In this document: in pieces, positions 34,168 to 45,459 of the stretch
Layout: each line of letters opens with the position of its first letter
How positions within the stretch are numbered: position 1 is the stretch's first letter
IMG/VR virus record: IMGVR_UViG_3300029305_003072
Reading direction: 5' to 3' (one strand)
DNA: 64,000 bases
Source: a virus
Lineage: Duplodnaviria > Heunggongvirae > Uroviricota > Caudoviricetes
Position numbers and translations under genes: made by a program
Notes under the pieces: model-generated
What the model was told of the DNA's origin: nothing
The model's input: only the letters and a program-made list of their open reading frames with translations
Database searches by the model: none

Positions 34168-35220
34168 ATGACCAAATTAAATTATACTTTAGAATCTCCA
34201 GAAGAAAGAAAATAGTTAGTCGAAAAAATTTTAGAAGAGTGTCCCAATCCTACTCCCTAGTACCTTGAGACACTTGCGGACTACCTAGTTCTTTGCATGG
34301 AGAAACAAGAGAAAAAGGAGCGTAAGCTATTAACTGAGAACCGAATGGCCACAGTCAATAAACGTGAAACTTCTTTCGAAGGTCTTGTTTCCCAACTCGA
34401 AAATGGCGAAGATGGCATTTATGGAATGATTAGTAATGATAAGAATTAGATTTTTCAACCAAAAGTAATGATAACAAAGAAAGATGTAGAAGAGATACCT
34501 GGGTTAGCACAATTAAGAGAAGCCATTAAGATGTGGGAACAGAAGTTAAAGACTACTTCCGGGCGTGATGCTTTTATCATCAAGACTGCGATTATCGAAT
34601 TACGAAAGGACCAATATATTCTTAAAGATGCCTATCGTAAACCAATAATCCCCAAAAATATCACCCGCTCGAAACACTTTATACCTTTAGAAAGCGACTT
34701 TGATTTTGACGATGAAGGTTATGTGATTCCAGAGGGTGTTTCTTTATGTGACCCGAAAGTCGTTTCAGCAATCTTATGTAACTACTCCTTAATGAAGCAA
34801 GAAAGTTGGGGAGAGTTTGAAAAGGATTTGTGGTATCTTATGTAGGAATTTGATGAAGTTGCGGATGCAGCTTTAAAAGATTATCCTTTATATGACCGCA
34901 TTTGTGAATACAAAGTTGATGGGTTGCAAAATATTGACATTCAAGAAAAACTTCAAATGGAATTTGGGATTAAACATAGTGTTGAATATATTTCAAGTTT
35001 ATGGAGAAATAAAATTCCAAAATTAATAGCTTCCGAGGCGGAAGATAGATTACTTAACTGGTATTTTTTAAATGAAATGAAAGGTAAGTATAAGAAGTGC
35101 AGCCGCTGTGGAGAAATTAAATTAGCACATAATAAATATTTTAGTAAGAATAAGACTTCAAAAGATGGCTTTTACAGTATTTGTAAAAAGTGCAGAAACT
35201 CTAAGGCCAAAAAGTCATAA
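34168..35220 (+). CDS. hypothetical protein (~350 aa) with C-terminal zinc ribbon (CSRCGE...CKKCRN); 4 in-frame TAG
   Basis: ATG 34168 after GGAGG; the pieces 34168.., 34468.. and 34924..35220 are all in one frame and are separated only by TAG. Confidence 0.6.
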
Positions 35221-35262
35221 TTCCGGCCTTGAATTTTCATTATAAGTAAAGGAGGAATTTTT

Positions 35263-36480
35263 ATGGCTGAAAGCTTTTATTGTGAAAAATGTAATCGAAC
35301 AATGAACGCTGATTAGTTCTATGGGTCTAATAATACAAGTAAGTATCCAGAAGGTAAGTTGCATAAATGTAAGAAGTGTGCGACGATGCATGTAGATAAT
35401 TTTAATCCAGATACTTATTTATGGATTTTACAAGAATGTGATGTTCCATATGTTCCAGAAGAATGGAACAAGTTACTGGCATCATATGGTAAAGACCGTT
35501 CTAAATTAACTGGTACGACTATTGTAGGTCGTTATCTTTCAAAGATGAAACTAAAGCAGTTTAGAGATTATCGTTGGAAAGATACTGAGTTCTTACAAGA
35601 AGTCGCAAATAAGAAAATTGAAGAAACTATGAAGCGTTAGGGATATGAAGCTGCGGAAATCGCTCAAGCGCTCGCCACGGCTAGTGTTCCGATTCCCCAA
35701 GGGGAAATTGAAATTCCTGTTTACCAGGAAACTAATGATAATCCATTCCTGTCGTCTGGAGACGACTACTTTGCGGAGCAAAGTGGAGGCCAAGACGATT
35801 TTGTGGATGATTTAACTGAAGAAGATAGAACATATCTTCGATTGAAATGGGGTAAAACCTATAAGCCAGAAGAGTGGATTAGACTTGAATAGTTATATGA
35901 AGAAATGATGCAATCATATGATATTCAAGGCGCCGGACACATTGATACTTTGAAATTAGTATGTAAGACATCTCTCAAGGCGAATCAATTAATCGACATT
36001 GGCGATATTGAGGGCTTCCAGAAGATGAGTAAAGTTTATGACAGTTTAATGAAGTCTGGTAAGTTTACTGCGGCTCAGAATAAAGCTGAGTCTGGCGAAT
36101 TTATTGATAGTATTGGTGAATTGGTTGCTCTCTGTGAGAGAGAGGGATTTATTCCTAGATATTATATTGATGAACCAAATGATAAAGTTGATAGAACATT
36201 ACAAGATTTACAGAGTTATACACGCGATTTAATTAATGAAGAGACTAACTTGAGTTCTATGATTGAACACGCTCTTCGTGAAATTGAAAAAGATAAGGAA
36301 AATGAAGCTAAACTTGAGTCCGATGATGGTTCTGAGGACGAAGATGCATTTGAAGCTTCTCTATTCGAAGATAATGCTGAGAAAGTTTTACATGATGAGG
36401 ACTTTACTGCTTTTAATGATTTCGAAGATGAGCTTGCGGATGATGATGAAGCTTTCTTAAAATCAATTTTAGGTGGATAA
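35263..36480 (+). CDS. hypothetical protein (~405 aa): N-terminal zinc finger (CEKCN..CKKC), acidic C-terminus, 3 in-frame TAG; small-terminase candidate
   Basis: ATG 35263 after AAGGAGG; the frame is continuous through TAGs at 35638 and 35890; it lies immediately upstream of terL. Confidence 0.55.
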
Positions 36481-36482
36481 TT

Positions 36483-38219
36483 ATGGCACTGCAGGATTTA
36501 TTGAATTTATCACAATCTCGTAAAAAGGTTGGTCTTTCTGAAGAAAGAGTGCGTGCCATAATTCCTGTAGCCAGAGACTATGTAGCTTACTGGCGAGAAT
36601 ACCCAGATATGTTTATTGACTTCTTACAAGATGGTGGTAATCCAGAAGTTAAGAAGGAATTAAAATTTTATTTCTATCAACGAGTTTTCTTACGTGCGGC
36701 AATGCGATATAAATATGTTTACATGGTATTCCCCCGTGCGTATTCTAAATCTTTCCTTTCTATTATGGTTTTGATGTGCCGTTGTGTTTTATATCCAGGG
36801 GCAAAGTTATTTGTTACATCTGGTGGTAAAGAGTAGGCAGCTGGCATCGTAAAAGAAAAGGTTCAAGAAATTTGTACTCTAGTACCTGCGTTCCGTCGAG
36901 AAATTGACTGGGGTCGAGGTAAAACACTAGAGGGTAAAGACTATTGTAAATATGTCTTTAAAAATGGTTCTTATTTCGATAATATTGCGGCTCGTGAGAG
37001 TTCGCGTGGTAAGCGTCGTCATGGAGGACTAATTGAGGAATGTGTTGGCGTTGATGGTACCATCCTTTCTGAAGTTATTATTCCTACCACTAACGTTTCT
37101 CGTAGATGTTTAGATGGAACTGTTCATCCAGAAGAGACGCTGAATAAGAGTCAGATTTATGTCACAACCGCAGGATGGAAAAATACTTTCCCATATGATA
37201 AATTAATTACCTTACTTGTTCGTATGGTAACCGAGCCTGAAAAAGCAATTATCATGGGTGGTACTTGGCGAATTCCTGTTTTGGTCAAATTGCTTGATGC
37301 GAATTTTATTAAAGATTTAAAGAATGACGGAACTTTCAATGAAGCTTCTTTTGCTCGTGAATATGAGAGTCGTTGGTCTGGTACTGTTGAAGATGCATTC
37401 TTTAATGGTGAGTTCTTTGATAGAAATCGTAAGTTACAGAAACCTGAATATGAGCATTCCGGCAGGAGTGCGGCGAACGCCTACTATATCCTATCAGTTG
37501 ACGTAGGTCGTAAGGGATGTGACTCTGTTGTTTGTGTATTTAAGGTAACCCCTCAAGCACAAGGTCCCGCAATTAAGTCTTTGGTTAATATTTATACTTT
37601 TGCGGATGAACATTTTGAGGACCAGGCAATTAGAATTAAGAAATTATATTATAAGTATAAAGCCCGCACAATCGTAATCGACGGTAATGGTCTTGGTATT
37701 GGATTAGTTGACTATATGATTAAATCTCAAGAAGATGAAAATGGTGACTTCTTCCCAGACTTTGGTGTTGAGAATGATGAAGATGGTTATTATAAAAAAT
37801 ATCGAACTGCAAATACTGAGTTTGATGCTATGTATATTCTAAAAGCAAATGCTCCTATTAATACTGAGTGTCACGCAAATGCGCAGACTCAGCTACAAGC
37901 CGGTAAGGTAAAATTCCTTATTGACGAGCGTGGAGCTAAGGAAAAATTATTGGCAACTAAAATGGGACAAAATATGAAGCCTGAGGAAAGGGCAGAATAT
38001 TTAAAACCATTTACCTTAACTTCCATATTAAAGGAAGAGATGATGAATTTGCGTGAAGAAAATGAAGGCGTAAATATCATCTTAAAACAAGCTAATCGTG
38101 GAATTAGGAAAGATAAATTTTCCGCTTTTGAATATGGTCTTTATTATATTAAGCAAGAAGAAGATAAAAAGAAAAAGAAAAAGAAGTTTAATGCCGCTGA
38201 TTGGGCATTCTTCAATTAA
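36483..38219 (+). CDS. terL: terminase large subunit (~578 aa), one in-frame TAG at 36835-36837
   Basis: The ATPase region (FPRAYSKSFLS, GLIEECVGVDG, IYVTTAGW) and nuclease region (VIDGNGLGIGLVDYM, ILKQANRGIRKDKFSAFEYG) are both present. The start and stop of the two track pieces are in the same frame. Confidence 0.8.
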
Positions 38220-38230
38220 GGAGGTTGACT

Positions 38231-38587
38231 ATGAGAGCTTCGAGAGGAGAAATTAAGATTGAAGAAATCTTAAAGGAAGCTGAACTCCCCTTTAAAATGG
38301 AGTATATCTTCCCCGACTTAAAGAGCCCAAATGGTCGCCCTTTAAGATTTGATTTTGTCGTTTTTGATGATGATGGAAAAATTGATTTTATTATTGAGTA
38401 TCAAGGTAAGCAACATTATGAGCCTAGTGCGAAATTCGGTGGTAAAAAAGGTTTCTTCCAACAATAGTATAATGATAATCAAAAACGACGCTTTTGTGCT
38501 TTACATGATTTTAAGTTGATTGAAATTCCATATACTGACGAAAATTTAATCTCCTATGACTATATTATGAATTTAGCAGGATATTAA
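38231..38587 (+). CDS. DUF559-like endonuclease-domain small protein (~118 aa), one in-frame TAG
   Basis: RFDFVVFDDDGKIDFIIEYQGKQHYEP..FGG...NQKRRFCALHDFKLIEIPY parallels the C-terminus of 30636-31451. Confidence 0.45.
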
Positions 38588-38601
38588 AAGGAGGTGGAGT
38601 T

Positions 38602-40257
38602 TTGGAGTTGAGTAGACAAGAAGAAATCCGTTCAAAAGGTTTTAATATGATGGATAATCGAATTACCGAATATGGTAAGATTAAAATCAATACTAAAACT
38701 TTGGATGATGCTGTTTTAAATCTTGGCGCGATTCAAGGTGTTACCCGTGGCGTTATTAATAAGGCTATTATTTATCGTGCTTTGATGGATAACGATGTTG
38801 TCCGTTTGCGTGAGATTTCTAATTATTTCTATAAGGCTAGCGGTATTTATCAACGTGTTTGTAATTATGCGGCAACCATGTATAGATATGACTGGTATGT
38901 TGTACCTGAAGTATTTGACGAGGCTGCTAAGACAAATGAGAAGATTTTAACTGATTTGAATAAAGTCCTCCATTATCTTGATAATTCTTACATCGCTAAA
39001 GTTTGCGGTGATATTGCTCTTGGAGTTGTGAAGAATGGCGCTTATTATGGCTATATTGTTCATAGTCCAAAAGGAGTAATCATTCAAGAACTTCCCATTA
39101 ATTACTGTCGTAGTCGTTTCAACCAAGGTAATTTACCTGTTGTTGAATTTAATATGAAATTCTTTGATTAGGCTTTTCCAGACACCACTTACCGTATGCA
39201 AGTATTGAATATGTTCCCTGACGAGTTTAAGAAAGGCTATGTCGCTTACAAGAGTGGAAAGTTGAGTAGACAGAAGTCTCTTGGTCAAGACCCAACCGTT
39301 GGTGGTTACTTGGGTAGCCGTTGGGTGGACGATTCTGGTTGGTGGATGCTGGAACCTCAGAACACTGTGAAATTCAGTTTCGCTAATGGTGGCAATGGTG
39401 CCGCCGACATCCCTTTATTTATCAACGCTATTCCTGCAATTCTGGATTTGGATGCGGCTCAAGATTTGGACCGTAGAAAGCAAATGCAGAAATTGTTGAA
39501 AATTGTAGTCCAGAAGTTACCAATGGATAAAAATGGAGATTTGATTTTCGACGTTGATGAAGCAAGAGATATTCATAATAATGCTGTGCAAATGTTAAAG
39601 CGTGCGGTCGGCGTCGATGTGTTGACCACATTTGCAGACATTGATAGTATTGATATGTCAGATAAAAATACCACTACTTCACAAGATGATTTAGCTAAAG
39701 TGGAGCGTAGTGTGTTTAATGCTCTTGGTATTTCTCAGAATATGTTTAATACCGATGGTAATTTGGCATTAACTCAATCTATTTTAAATGATGAAGCTGC
39801 TTTACGCACATTATTATTACAATTTGAGATTTTCTTTGATAGAATCACTCAATCATTGAGTGGGGCAAAGAAGAAATATAACTTCAGATTATATATGCTG
39901 GAAACCACACAATATAATTATAAAGAGTTAGCTAAGATGTATAAAGAACAAGTCCAAATGGGATATTCAAAAATGTTACCCCAAATTGCGTTGGGTCACT
40001 CCCAGAGCTTTATCTTAAATACTGCTTACTTTGAGAATGAAGTTATGAAGTTGAGTGAGATTATGATTCCTCCTCTAATGTCTTCTACTATGAAAATGGA
40101 AGATTTAAAAGGTGGGGGCAATTCTAATTAGACTCAAACAAATAAAACTCAAACTAATACAGGAGGATAGACTTCTGAGAAATCTGCGGGCCGTCCGGAA
40201 AAACCAGACTCCGAGAAATCTGAAAAGACTATCCAAAATAAAGAATCTATGAGCTAA
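38602..40257 (+). CDS. portal protein (~551 aa), 3 in-frame TAG
   Basis: TTG start after AAAGGAGG. It has the size and position expected after terL, and its frame is continuous through TAGs at 39169, 40129 and 40168 before ending at TAA 40255-40257. Confidence 0.6.
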
Positions 40258-40270
40258 GGAGGAGATTAAA

Positions 40271-41809
40271 ATGCCAATGCATACAAGTATTAAATTGGAC
40301 ACACCTGTTGAATTTATCAATATCACTCCTCTTAATCCTTTGATTTCTAAATGTCAAATTAAAGTGTGTTATGTTGGTGATGAACCAAATCGTAATAGAA
40401 GTATTATTACCAAGGAGACTGCTAAACAAATGGCAAACTCCCTCCCCGGCTGCCCTATTGTCGGATTTTATAATGAAGAAAAGGGCGACTTTGAGGAGCA
40501 TAACCGCATTATTGATATTTCAAATGGTAAGTTTGAAATTAAGGATACAACTAGACCCTATGGATTTGTTGATTTAAATGCTAAGGTTTGGTTTCAAAAG
40601 TTTTTAGATGATGGAATGAATGAGCGTGAATATATGATGACTGAAGGCTGGCTATGGACTGGTCAGTATCCCGAGTGTCGTAGAATTTTATCCCAGGGTA
40701 ATAATCATTCTATGGAACTCGATGAAGACACAATTGATGCACATTGGTCAAAAGATGGTAATGGAGAACCTAAATTTTTCATTATCAATGAAGCAATTAT
40801 CTCAAAACTTTGTACATTGGGTGTGAATAATGAACCTTGCTTCGAAGGTTCTACTATTGGTGCCCCTGTAATTCAATTCGCTTTTGCTGATGGTTTTAAA
40901 GAGCAAGTATTCTCTATGATGAACGAATTGAAAGAATTACTAAATAAAGGAGGAGAAAAAGTGTTTACTAGATACGCTGTTGAAATCGGTGACGCTTTGT
41001 GGACCGCTCTTTATAGCCATGTAGAAGGTACTTACGGCATTGAGAGTGTCTGTGAAGACGAGGGACAGAAGCTATTTGCTGTTCTAACTGCCGATGAAAA
41101 GTACTATCGTCTTGATTTCTCCGTTGCCGAAGATGGCTCTGTTGTGTTTGCGGCCGAGGCTCAGTTATTGGAGGATTATACTCCAGCTGAAGAGCCACAG
41201 TTCGACGCAGCCGCAGTTGCTGAATATGCTAAGTCAAAGAAGGACGAGGGTAAGAAGCCCGAGGACGACGATGATGAGGGCGGCGAAGAGGAAAAATGCC
41301 CTAAGTGTGGAAAGAAGAAGTCCGAGTGTGAGTGCGAGGATGACGACGATTCCGATGATGAGGACGAGAAAAAGAAAAAGCAGGGCAAAAAGGAAAAATA
41401 CAATCTTGAGGAAATTCAAGAATATGTAGAGCTAAGCAATAAATATTCTGCTTTAGAGACTGATTATGCTAATGCACAGTCCACTATCACTACTCTACAG
41501 AGCCAGCTAAATGAGTTGACTACTTTCAAGAAGGGTATTGAGAAGGCAGAAAAAGAGAAGATGATTGCAAGTTTCTATATGCTTTCTGATGAAGATAAGA
41601 AAGATGTCGTAGAAAATATTGACAAATATTCTCCAAAAGAAATTGAAGCAGAGCTTTCTATTTTATGTGTTCGCAACAAGGTCAGTTTCAACCTTGATGA
41701 TGATAAGAACGATGGCAAAGACCCAATGACCTTTAGTTTAAATGGTGGCATGAATGATGATGCTCCAGCTTGGATTAAAGCTATTCGTTCTGTTGCGAGT
41801 GAAATGTAA
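40271..41809 (+). CDS. head morphogenesis protein, scaffold-like (512 aa; acidic coiled-coil C-terminus with a CPKCGKKKSECEC motif); no TAG
   Basis: Position between portal and capsid genes; the C-terminus is a long Glu/Asp/Lys-rich coiled coil. Confidence 0.45.
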   Translation: MPMHTSIKLDTPVEFINITPLNPLISKCQIKVCYVGDEPNRNRSIITKETAKQMANSLPGCPIVGFYNEEKGDFEEHNRIIDISNGKFEIKDTTRPYGFVDLNAKVWFQKFLDDGMNEREYMMTEGWLWTGQYPECRRILSQGNNHSMELDEDTIDAHWSKDGNGEPKFFIINEAIISKLCTLGVNNEPCFEGSTIGAPVIQFAFADGFKEQVFSMMNELKELLNKGGEKVFTRYAVEIGDALWTALYSHVEGTYGIESVCEDEGQKLFAVLTADEKYYRLDFSVAEDGSVVFAAEAQLLEDYTPAEEPQFDAAAVAEYAKSKKDEGKKPEDDDDEGGEEEKCPKCGKKKSECECEDDDDSDDEDEKKKKQGKKEKYNLEEIQEYVELSNKYSALETDYANAQSTITTLQSQLNELTTFKKGIEKAEKEKMIASFYMLSDEDKKDVVENIDKYSPKEIEAELSILCVRNKVSFNLDDDKNDGKDPMTFSLNGGMNDDAPAWIKAIRSVASEM

Positions 41810-41836
41810 TAAAAACTAAAAGGAGGAAATATAGAA

Positions 41837-42721
41837 ATGCTTAAAGAGTTTTTAAGTAAGCATATTACTAGTCAGGCTTCTGTGAAGAATGGCGGATATG
41901 TTGAACTGGGCTACGGCCAGGTTGAGCCTAACCACTTGTCTGCACAGCGCACTGCTCAGATTTATGCTCAGTTACCTGCAGACCCCTCTATTGAGGTTCT
42001 GGAGCAGGGACAGTTTGTTAAGTATGACTATGCAGCTGGCCTTGTAAACTTTGGTTCTGATGACCATGATACTGGTGAATGGATGCTGGTTTACAACGAA
42101 ACTAAGTTGTATCGTGAGCATCAGTTGGATTGCGAATTCGCAATGATTAAGGGCAACTATCAGGCCCGTGTTTATAGTCCATTGGATGGCGATAACAGCA
42201 AGATGGCTGAGGAGCTATATGGACCTACTCGTTTGCTACAGGGTGTTAGCGAAGTGTATAAGAATGGCTCTTTTGAAGCAAGACCTGTTTTTGACGCTAA
42301 TGGTAATGTTGTTGCGCCAGTTGTTGATGAAGAGACTGGTAAAGTAAGTTATCCTGGCGTTGACGATTTTGGTGTCGCTTCTACTGTTTATGACCCATAT
42401 GAGATGAACGATATTAACAATCCTGAAATTAAGGAAGATTATCGTCGTCGTTTGTTTATGAAGCTGCGTGCTGTTAAGCATCCTGAGAAGATGATGCCTA
42501 CTGGCACTACTATGGTACCTCGTGTATTCAAGACTAATGTTGGTGACCATTATACTACTAACATGATTCTTGAGTCTGAATTGGCTGTTGGTGATATTTT
42601 GGCACCTAATGCTAAGGGTATCTTGGCTAAGGATAACAGCCAGGCTATGAAATGGCAGGTTGTTAAGGTTTATACTATGCCCGACCATCAAAAGGGCGTT
42701 AAGATTCTACGTATTGCGTAA
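41837..42721 (+). CDS. virion structural protein, capsid-associated (294 aa); no TAG
   Basis: Strong SD; it lies between the scaffold-like and putative capsid genes. Confidence 0.4.
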   Translation: MLKEFLSKHITSQASVKNGGYVELGYGQVEPNHLSAQRTAQIYAQLPADPSIEVLEQGQFVKYDYAAGLVNFGSDDHDTGEWMLVYNETKLYREHQLDCEFAMIKGNYQARVYSPLDGDNSKMAEELYGPTRLLQGVSEVYKNGSFEARPVFDANGNVVAPVVDEETGKVSYPGVDDFGVASTVYDPYEMNDINNPEIKEDYRRRLFMKLRAVKHPEKMMPTGTTMVPRVFKTNVGDHYTTNMILESELAVGDILAPNAKGILAKDNSQAMKWQVVKVYTMPDHQKGVKILRIA

Positions 42722-42738
42722 GAAAGGAGAGAAGAGTA

Positions 42739-43851
42739 ATGGCTTTAGATAGAAATAATTTAGTACAGTTGGCTAAGACTGTTGCAAAGGCTGACCCTTC
42801 TGCTTCTGTGTCTTATAGCTTTAACGGTGAAAACTTTAGTTATGCCGCTTTGAACGAGACTCTACGTCGTGAGTTCAATGAGTTGGCTGGTACTTATTCT
42901 TTATATCGTGATAACAAGAATTTGATTTTCTCTGTTATCGAAGAGACTTTGGACGAGGTTCTGCCTAAGAAGGTTGAAATGGCTTATATGCAGTTCGCCG
43001 AGACTAAGCAGTTCGCTCAGGGCGACAAGCCTATTTTCCGTCGTAAGAGAGACGTTCGTTCTCGTGCTAAGCAGTTCATCACTCGTGTTGGATTGGCTGG
43101 TATTTACGAAGTATTTAAGCTAGGTCCTGCAGAAGAAGAGAGCTTCGAAGTTCGTACTTCTGCTATCGGTGGAGCTGCTCAGATTGGATTCGAGGAGTTC
43201 CTAGACGGTCGTGTGGACTTCGCTGAAGTAACTAATATTGTTATGGAAGGTATGGATGAGTTAATTATGAAGGAAGTTGGACATGCTCTAGCTGCTTCTG
43301 TTAACCAGTTACCTCCTGCAAATATTGTTGTTGCTACTGGCTTCGATGAAAAGGCTTTCGACAACTTGTTGGTTATCGCTTCCGCTTATGGTGAGCCTTC
43401 TATTTACTGCACTTATGAGTTCGCAGTTAAGATGGTTCCTGAGCAGGGTTGGCGTTGGACTGAGAATATGAAGCAAGAGTTGTGGGATACTGGTCACTTG
43501 GCTATGTACAAGGGACGTAAGGTTATCATCCTACCTCAGGGCTTGGAAGACGAGACCAATACTCGTAAGGTAATCAATCCTGGTTATTGCTATATCATCC
43601 CAAGTGGTGCTGATAGCAAGCCTGTTAAGATTGCTTTCGAGGGTGGTACAATCGTTGACGAGTATGTAAATGCTGACCGTTCTCGTGAGATTCAGGTTTA
43701 CAAGAAGGTTGGCGTAACTGCTATGTTAGCTAATAACATCTGCGCTTATGCTGATACTGAGTTGCTAGGTCAGTATGATTTGGCTGACTCTATTTGGGAC
43801 AGCTCTAACTATGTTGATATGTCCTATAACGTTAAGGACGTTAATGCCTAA
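42739..43851 (+). CDS. putative major capsid protein (370 aa); no TAG
   Basis: Size and position are typical for the capsid gene, a very strong terminator follows immediately, and there is no TAG. Confidence 0.5.
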   Translation: MALDRNNLVQLAKTVAKADPSASVSYSFNGENFSYAALNETLRREFNELAGTYSLYRDNKNLIFSVIEETLDEVLPKKVEMAYMQFAETKQFAQGDKPIFRRKRDVRSRAKQFITRVGLAGIYEVFKLGPAEEESFEVRTSAIGGAAQIGFEEFLDGRVDFAEVTNIVMEGMDELIMKEVGHALAASVNQLPPANIVVATGFDEKAFDNLLVIASAYGEPSIYCTYEFAVKMVPEQGWRWTENMKQELWDTGHLAMYKGRKVIILPQGLEDETNTRKVINPGYCYIIPSGADSKPVKIAFEGGTIVDEYVNADRSREIQVYKKVGVTAMLANNICAYADTELLGQYDLADSIWDSSNYVDMSYNVKDVNA

Positions 43852-43882
43852 TTAAATATTAATATATAACTAAGAGGGGGAA

Positions 43883-43923
43883 GTGGGGATATCCCCTCTT
43901 CCCCCTTTTTTTCATTTTAAAAA
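43883..43923 (+). terminator. strong rho-independent terminator (AGAGGGGGAAGTGGGGATATCCCCTCTTCCCCCT + T7)
   Basis: Long GC hairpin followed by a T-run. Confidence 0.85.
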
Positions 43924-43945
43924 CAGAGAAAAAGGAGATATAAAA

Positions 43946-44566
43946 ATGAGTACAATGTATAGAGTAAAAAACCGTGGTGCAAGCACCGTTGTTTATAAGA
44001 TTCCAGACAAGGGAATTCGTAGAGAATTCAAGCCTGGTCAGATTATTCCAATTAGTTCTGAAGAGTTAGAAGAATTAACTTTCCAGCCTGGTGGAGTTAC
44101 TATGTTAAGTCAATTCTTGCAGATTTTGGACCTTGAAGGAATTCAAGCTGCTCGTATTAAGACTGAACCTGAATATCATATGAGTGAAGCTGATGTTGCC
44201 AAGTTGATTACTAGTGGTTCCTTGGATGCTTTCTTGGATGCACTTGACTTTGCTCCCATTGGAGTTATTGATTTAATTAAGAAGTTGAGTATTTCTATTC
44301 CTATGGTTGATATCCCAAAGCGTAAGGCTTTGAAGGAAAAGACTGGTTTTGATGTGGAAGCCGCATTGAAGCACAATGAGGAAGATAAAGAAGATGACCA
44401 GAAGACAATCTTGAAAACTAATAATGGTGGCGAGCGTAGAGTACAGCCTGCTGCAGCTCCTGCCGGACGTCGTACAGCACCTACTGTAACTGCTCCTGCG
44501 GCCGCACCTAAATATAATATTGTTACTAAACCTGCAGTTGAGGCTCCTGCTGAATCTGCTGAATAA
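43946..44566 (+). CDS. virion protein (206 aa) with Pro/Ala-rich C-terminus; no TAG
   Basis: ATG after AAAGGAG. Confidence 0.5.
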   Translation: MSTMYRVKNRGASTVVYKIPDKGIRREFKPGQIIPISSEELEELTFQPGGVTMLSQFLQILDLEGIQAARIKTEPEYHMSEADVAKLITSGSLDAFLDALDFAPIGVIDLIKKLSISIPMVDIPKRKALKEKTGFDVEAALKHNEEDKEDDQKTILKTNNGGERRVQPAAAPAGRRTAPTVTAPAAAPKYNIVTKPAVEAPAESAE

Positions 44567-44585
44567 TAAATAAGGAGGCAATTAT

Positions 44586-45164
44586 ATGGCTGAGACACAA
44601 TTTTCGGCTGTTTATAATCGCTTTCTTGGACAAGTTACCGATGATTTATACTTGGAATTAACTCCCGAAGATACTTTAAAAGATTTGCAAAATCTTTTAA
44701 TTAATGCAATTCCTGGTTTTGAATTTCCTCGTCAAGATTTATACAATTATACGATTGAAGTTAGAACTATGGGAGCGGATGAATTAACTCCCGATGATTT
44801 TGTATTGGGAACTGTTTGGGGAGAGTTACCAAGTGACACATTGTAGACTCCAAATGTTTTAGTTGATAAGTCTCGATTTAATGTTGAGCTTACTCAAGAA
44901 GAAATCAACATCCTGGCGCTTTTAATGAAGCAAGGTTGGGTTCAGCGCCAGGTTGCTTCTATCGAAAATACTCGAATGAAATATAGTGGCTCTGATTTTA
45001 AAATGACTTCTCAAGCGAACCACTTATCTAAGCTATTGTCTTTATTGACTGAGGCTCGCAGAGATTCGTTCCATATGCAACGCTTATATAAACGCAGAAA
45101 ACCTGCGGAAGGCGGTTATAAGAGCAACTGGTCTAGCTTAATGGAGGTTAGTGCTCTTGACTAA
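44586..45164 (+). CDS. head-tail connector/adaptor candidate (~192 aa), one in-frame TAG
   Basis: Track pieces 44586-44846 and 44925-45164 are in the same frame and joined by TAG. Confidence 0.45.
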
Positions 45165-45459
45165 ATATGGATTTGATTTTGATGATAGAAGCATTGATGT
45201 AAATGTTCGTCGTTTAACCAACCAACTTTGGAAATTAATTCCAATGCGCGAGCATGAAGAAGATTGGCCTAAACAATTAGATACAGTTATTTTAGAAATT
45301 GCGGGCATGAATGAAGTATTCATGAACCCGCAATTTTTACAGCTGCTATGTAAATTAGAGGGACTGAAAGCTCAAGAGACGAATTTTGAACTATACCGCA
45401 AGACTGTGTTTGAAAGCATTAGTCTTTTGTAGGAGTTAAGCCATGGCATCAGGTTATGA
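45151..45459 (+). CDS. hypothetical protein (~102 aa if TAG 45430 is read through to TGA 45457-45459; 93 aa otherwise)
   Basis: The frame continues 9 codons past the TAG to a TGA; where this gene ends depends on how TAG is decoded. Confidence 0.4.

Noticed and set aside
41176-41403. Ser-rich 75-aa minus ORF inside the scaffold-like gene.
   Set aside because: Antisense to an acidic Glu/Asp-rich coding region (GAA/GAC read backwards gives Ser/Phe).
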